From the IMG/VR virus record IMGVR_UViG_3300021091_000416, positions 1 to 24,187 of that record: a DNA stretch of 24,187 nucleotides; one strand, written 5' to 3'. This DNA comes from a virus. Lineage: Duplodnaviria > Caudoviricetes. This document shows positions 23,501-24,187 of the stretch, piece after piece (positions within the stretch are counted from its first letter, which is position 1; every line of letters begins with the position of its first letter). Position numbers and translations under genes: made by a program. The notes beneath the pieces were generated by a model. That model ran no database searches. It was not told the DNA's origin and saw only the letters and a program-made list of their open reading frames with translations.

Positions 23501-23628
23501 AACGGAACGTCCGCCGCTGCCGCAAGCATCGGGTACTGATCTTTTTTCTCAGGCTCCGGGGTATCTAATGTGAAGCCTGAAGGTAGACCGGGGGTGTCAA
23601 GAGTAAAGCCTTCAGGTAGATTTTCCAT
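17566..23628 (-). CDS. Giant polyvalent internal-virion/ejection protein (2020 aa) with HExxH metallopeptidase-like and ADP-ribosyltransferase-like domains
   Basis: Start ATG 23628 (TAATG coupling). N-terminal LPxGFTLDTP repeat and an Ala/Gly hydrophobic stretch. TAAHEAFH...EREMQA. FKKWWGNSK...WFHTT..F..FD...GPFFFT...PVFLSVQNP...GYDG...VFDPKQIKS (ART-PolyVal-like). Long helical C-terminus. Confidence 0.8.
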   Translation of the reverse strand: MENLPEGFTLDTPGLPSGFTLDTPEPEKKDQYPMLAAAADVPLSFSRGVVGGIQMISDAFGANSEASKALSSADTFLADLMSAQSKKDAAEVSRIMQEAQDKGMLDQVKAGIRALSVAPVDLLTNALGYAAPTIVATLAASVAAPVAATTAGASAATAATIGTGATIATGLGVGAISGAGTIKNRIYSDVYQTLKDNGLSDERAAAAAQEAQSYDGKNLDNILLGALFGAGASVTGVERIAVKSLASKILGNAAKESAEVIAAKESGKLLEEAAGETIPLRFTKGFVREAVPEAGQEAQEQIASNIALQREGEDVPTSRGAAGAATLAGIAGGILGGGLNVAVGPRARTLHPESEDRALIEALKTIQDYKRPEEFFRLAEEYRDRVPVLGEILDSGISQDKKLEQIFKRLGEVFLNPESVIVGGGPRSLPAPQGERPTRAGVSEFYNAAIDEGAPLTDLSIDQGPNGFRILSGSENVIADGINSERDANVLLEGLRRAHDENNYEKYRNMLSYYDTKRRKIETEALAKAARETKTPFQSVTMENLRELAGEEDKHLLPMIQLRRQRTGQDMNADITIPELREMGVSKVLMDEIIREQKPYSMGTGKVKPGLVEEELGPRPSAPSLTARTEKELEKAKAKGRVLNTGNFPEVETEFSRAGKQKEGKPAIAEKPKMPVYPKFEDVQKARSLVEDRLSKLEKRGDQGVAIAKGVREAMASNEFDPSQLSHAFALADISASLLGDTKGVHDISFVNKIVSREGYEAVGSRTKPRENINGLIQLSLDPKVLTLGRSTAAHEAFHVLQDLFAENDRAGAAVIKNAFKGAKTFDDIDSNLLRSLKNTRDPDSNQSVYDRLKKEVGQDVLDSYDQDQREREMQAYVFGALDNSIRRGAIKPASLGAAFTRFLNYFRNFVTRAGNYLRGQGFQTAEDVMRETSAGTRQAGVSQAAARVTEDKSAPEQEYSSTRLRRGTKTLEKYGIKRGEKKVKPRRLIEVGDESPEVEEEFSRAAAQTGENVEEFKKWWGNSKSGVVYDGSVLEGREQAVPARWFHTTKEQFTKFDKARAGSFEDKKGPFFFTRSLGFLNRFNLEVINNQGDIGYPDGQRSIPVFLSVQNPFDFENKAQVKEVLKAMGPAGKSAYFKEGLKTGDWDIIELREIQKAFRNLGYDGFFIKEFGAKNLAVFDPKQIKSVFNEFAPGTASSEEFSRAIASTGQQREAEVNSNRFGNLFDGIREFFKPFALVKNVEELFELRNVSMGTITKSEQFARKMSKIIGGASQADRDAVYKYMTTRNADASMISNEKVRNAAMQSKKEINILANKMIEQGQLTKESFDKYYDQYLPRLYLYYELTGRGMKTPMGGKSVQEYLKARNDELSEEDRAILGEIKDPAFLVYVALSRPARDLAMIKYLNNIYAVGEENGWIAPQTTVEWRGNKMTPYDLNHRAEEMRKFVLPELREQDPSQADIMEKEIFSMKEIADEGIESINSNIKTSELEGFKQMPAHERYGPLAGAVVKKAIYDDLVGTFIPIGKENQSMVERLFGDENSALVKGTQLWKLGKTTLNPPTQITNAISNAIALNLFGGVPLHQFPRLFRVALEGILKNSDQWNDAQDFGLTGATSAAAELRAALTRLKAYQFRSGKDTSLIGMFASVRSIMSAVAEGATDAYQFSETLFKFMHYVYELEKAGPNPTERQKSNAVNAAHDTLFDYSLVNPNIRYARNSPIGVPFITYYYKVLPKLVETMVKTPWRFIPYIAMAYAIPMATMATFDIDEDEVEKLRKSMADYIRDSGSLYFLPIRDSKGNIEYIDVSRFFPFSSVVDPFVTAFKYGEYKKGAKELIQPILPSGPLITTIAALTTSTDPFTQKKIYNEFDTPKAKALSMLSYVWNQAMPPAINIDLNNMDHSGGALPRIYNALFVDGTGVDKRGLPKPEMVESMLRLFGANVTPLDAQKSAALSMLYMQNQITRTKALQTQVSRDQSLTPEARRKKIKELSEEIKNDTDKLIEYAKSVAGVSAVAEKIRKAP
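20014..20625. repeat. Identical 15-bp direct repeats GGCACGAGAGAACTC (encoding EFSRA) flanking the ART-like domain
   Basis: Copies at 20014-20028 and 20611-20625; a related EFSRA at 21655-21669 and EYSST at 20740-20754. Confidence 0.85.
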
Positions 23629-24187
23629 TATAGAGGAACCCATTTACCGTTTTTGTAGATAATTCTCTTGCCTTCAGCATTAGTTGCCGTTGCGCCTTCT
23701 TGATAAGAACTAACGCCTCGACGTGCTAGGATAGCATTTAATCGATCTGTAGCATTCTTTTTAAGAGTTTCATCCGTAATTAATTGGTCTCGGACTATTT
23801 TCTCAAGAGTAGAAAGCTCATCTTTTTCGTTCATGCGATCAAGGCCAGTTATAATCTGATCTGCTGTTGGTTTTTGCTTTGATCCGGGGTCCCAACCACC
23901 AATAGTCGCTGCTGTCTTGATTGACTCAGACGGCTGGATAAGTTTTTCTTGTTCAATCTTAAGAAGCTCGTTTTTGTAGTTATTGTCAGCATCATCTTTT
24001 GCTTTTTTATTTTTAGCTTCAAGCTCATCAAGAGACAGTTTTCCAGCCTGATACGCCTGATTGTTAGCAGCGATAGTTCTATCAAGGTCTAACTTAGACT
24101 GAGAAGTAGCCCAGTTTCTTTCGGCAGTAGTTGTGTCAAGCGATAACCTGCCACGTCCAAGTTCTTCTTGAAGTGCTTGAGTAGCCT
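23628..24187 (-). CDS. Virion/ejection-type protein, 5' end outside the window
   Basis: The frame of the 68-aa ORF stays open to 24185 (ATQALQEELGRGRLSLD...DRMNEKDEL...). The C-terminus YQEGATATNAEGKRIIYKNGKWVPL is typical of podovirus ejection proteins. Confidence 0.75.
   Translation of the reverse strand, partial: ATQALQEELGRGRLSLDTTTAERNWATSQSKLDLDRTIAANNQAYQAGKLSLDELEAKNKKAKDDADNNYKNELLKIEQEKLIQPSESIKTAATIGGWDPGSKQKPTADQIITGLDRMNEKDELSTLEKIVRDQLITDETLKKNATDRLNAILARRGVSSYQEGATATNAEGKRIIYKNGKWVPL

Larger units (their letters stand above)
1..24187. mobile_element. Tailed dsDNA bacteriophage genome segment (podovirus-like, with PolA/UvrD/primase/SNF2 replication module)
   Basis: The window carries TerS, VRR-NUC, phage PolA, primase, GH108 endolysin, a giant virion protein and dense small ORFs with coupled starts and stops. 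No housekeeping genes, integrase or att-like junction are seen. Confidence 0.95.

Noticed and set aside
23849-24085. 78-aa minus-strand ORF
   Set aside because: Out-of-frame shadow; the real frame is continuous from the window end to the stop at 23628.

Overview
A 24-kb piece of a tailed dsDNA phage genome, podovirus-like, with a probable proteobacterial host (inferred from IHF-type sites, DnaA boxes and sigma70-type promoters). No integrase or bacterial flanking DNA is visible. From left to right: (i) on the minus strand, a partial VRR-NUC nuclease and the terminase small subunit; (ii) a ~930-bp non-coding control region with ~11-bp iteron-like repeats, phased IHF-consensus sites, palindromes and DnaA boxes; (iii) a plus-strand cluster of ~20 small early/accessory genes, including a stand-alone DnaA domain-IV protein, a DUF6378-like protein, an Rmf-like protein, a BPL_N/GATase1-like protein, an HTH + sigma70-region-4 fusion and a DUF3846-like protein, ending at an intrinsic terminator; (iv) a minus-strand replication operon (Leu762-type PolA, UvrD helicase, AEP primase, SSB-like protein, two conserved proteins); (v) a lone plus-strand SNF2 helicase; (vi) minus-strand late genes: a GH108 endolysin, a 2020-aa polyvalent virion/ejection protein (HExxH peptidase and ART-like domains bounded by repeated EFSRA linkers) and part of another ejection-type protein. 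The best leads are a possible DnaA-domain-IV/DnaA-box circuit, the EFSRA-delimited effector cassette, the iteron/IHF array, four TTGACA-N16-TAnnnT promoters and structured RNAs with anti-Shine-Dalgarno loops. All family assignments come from motif recognition by eye, not from database searches.
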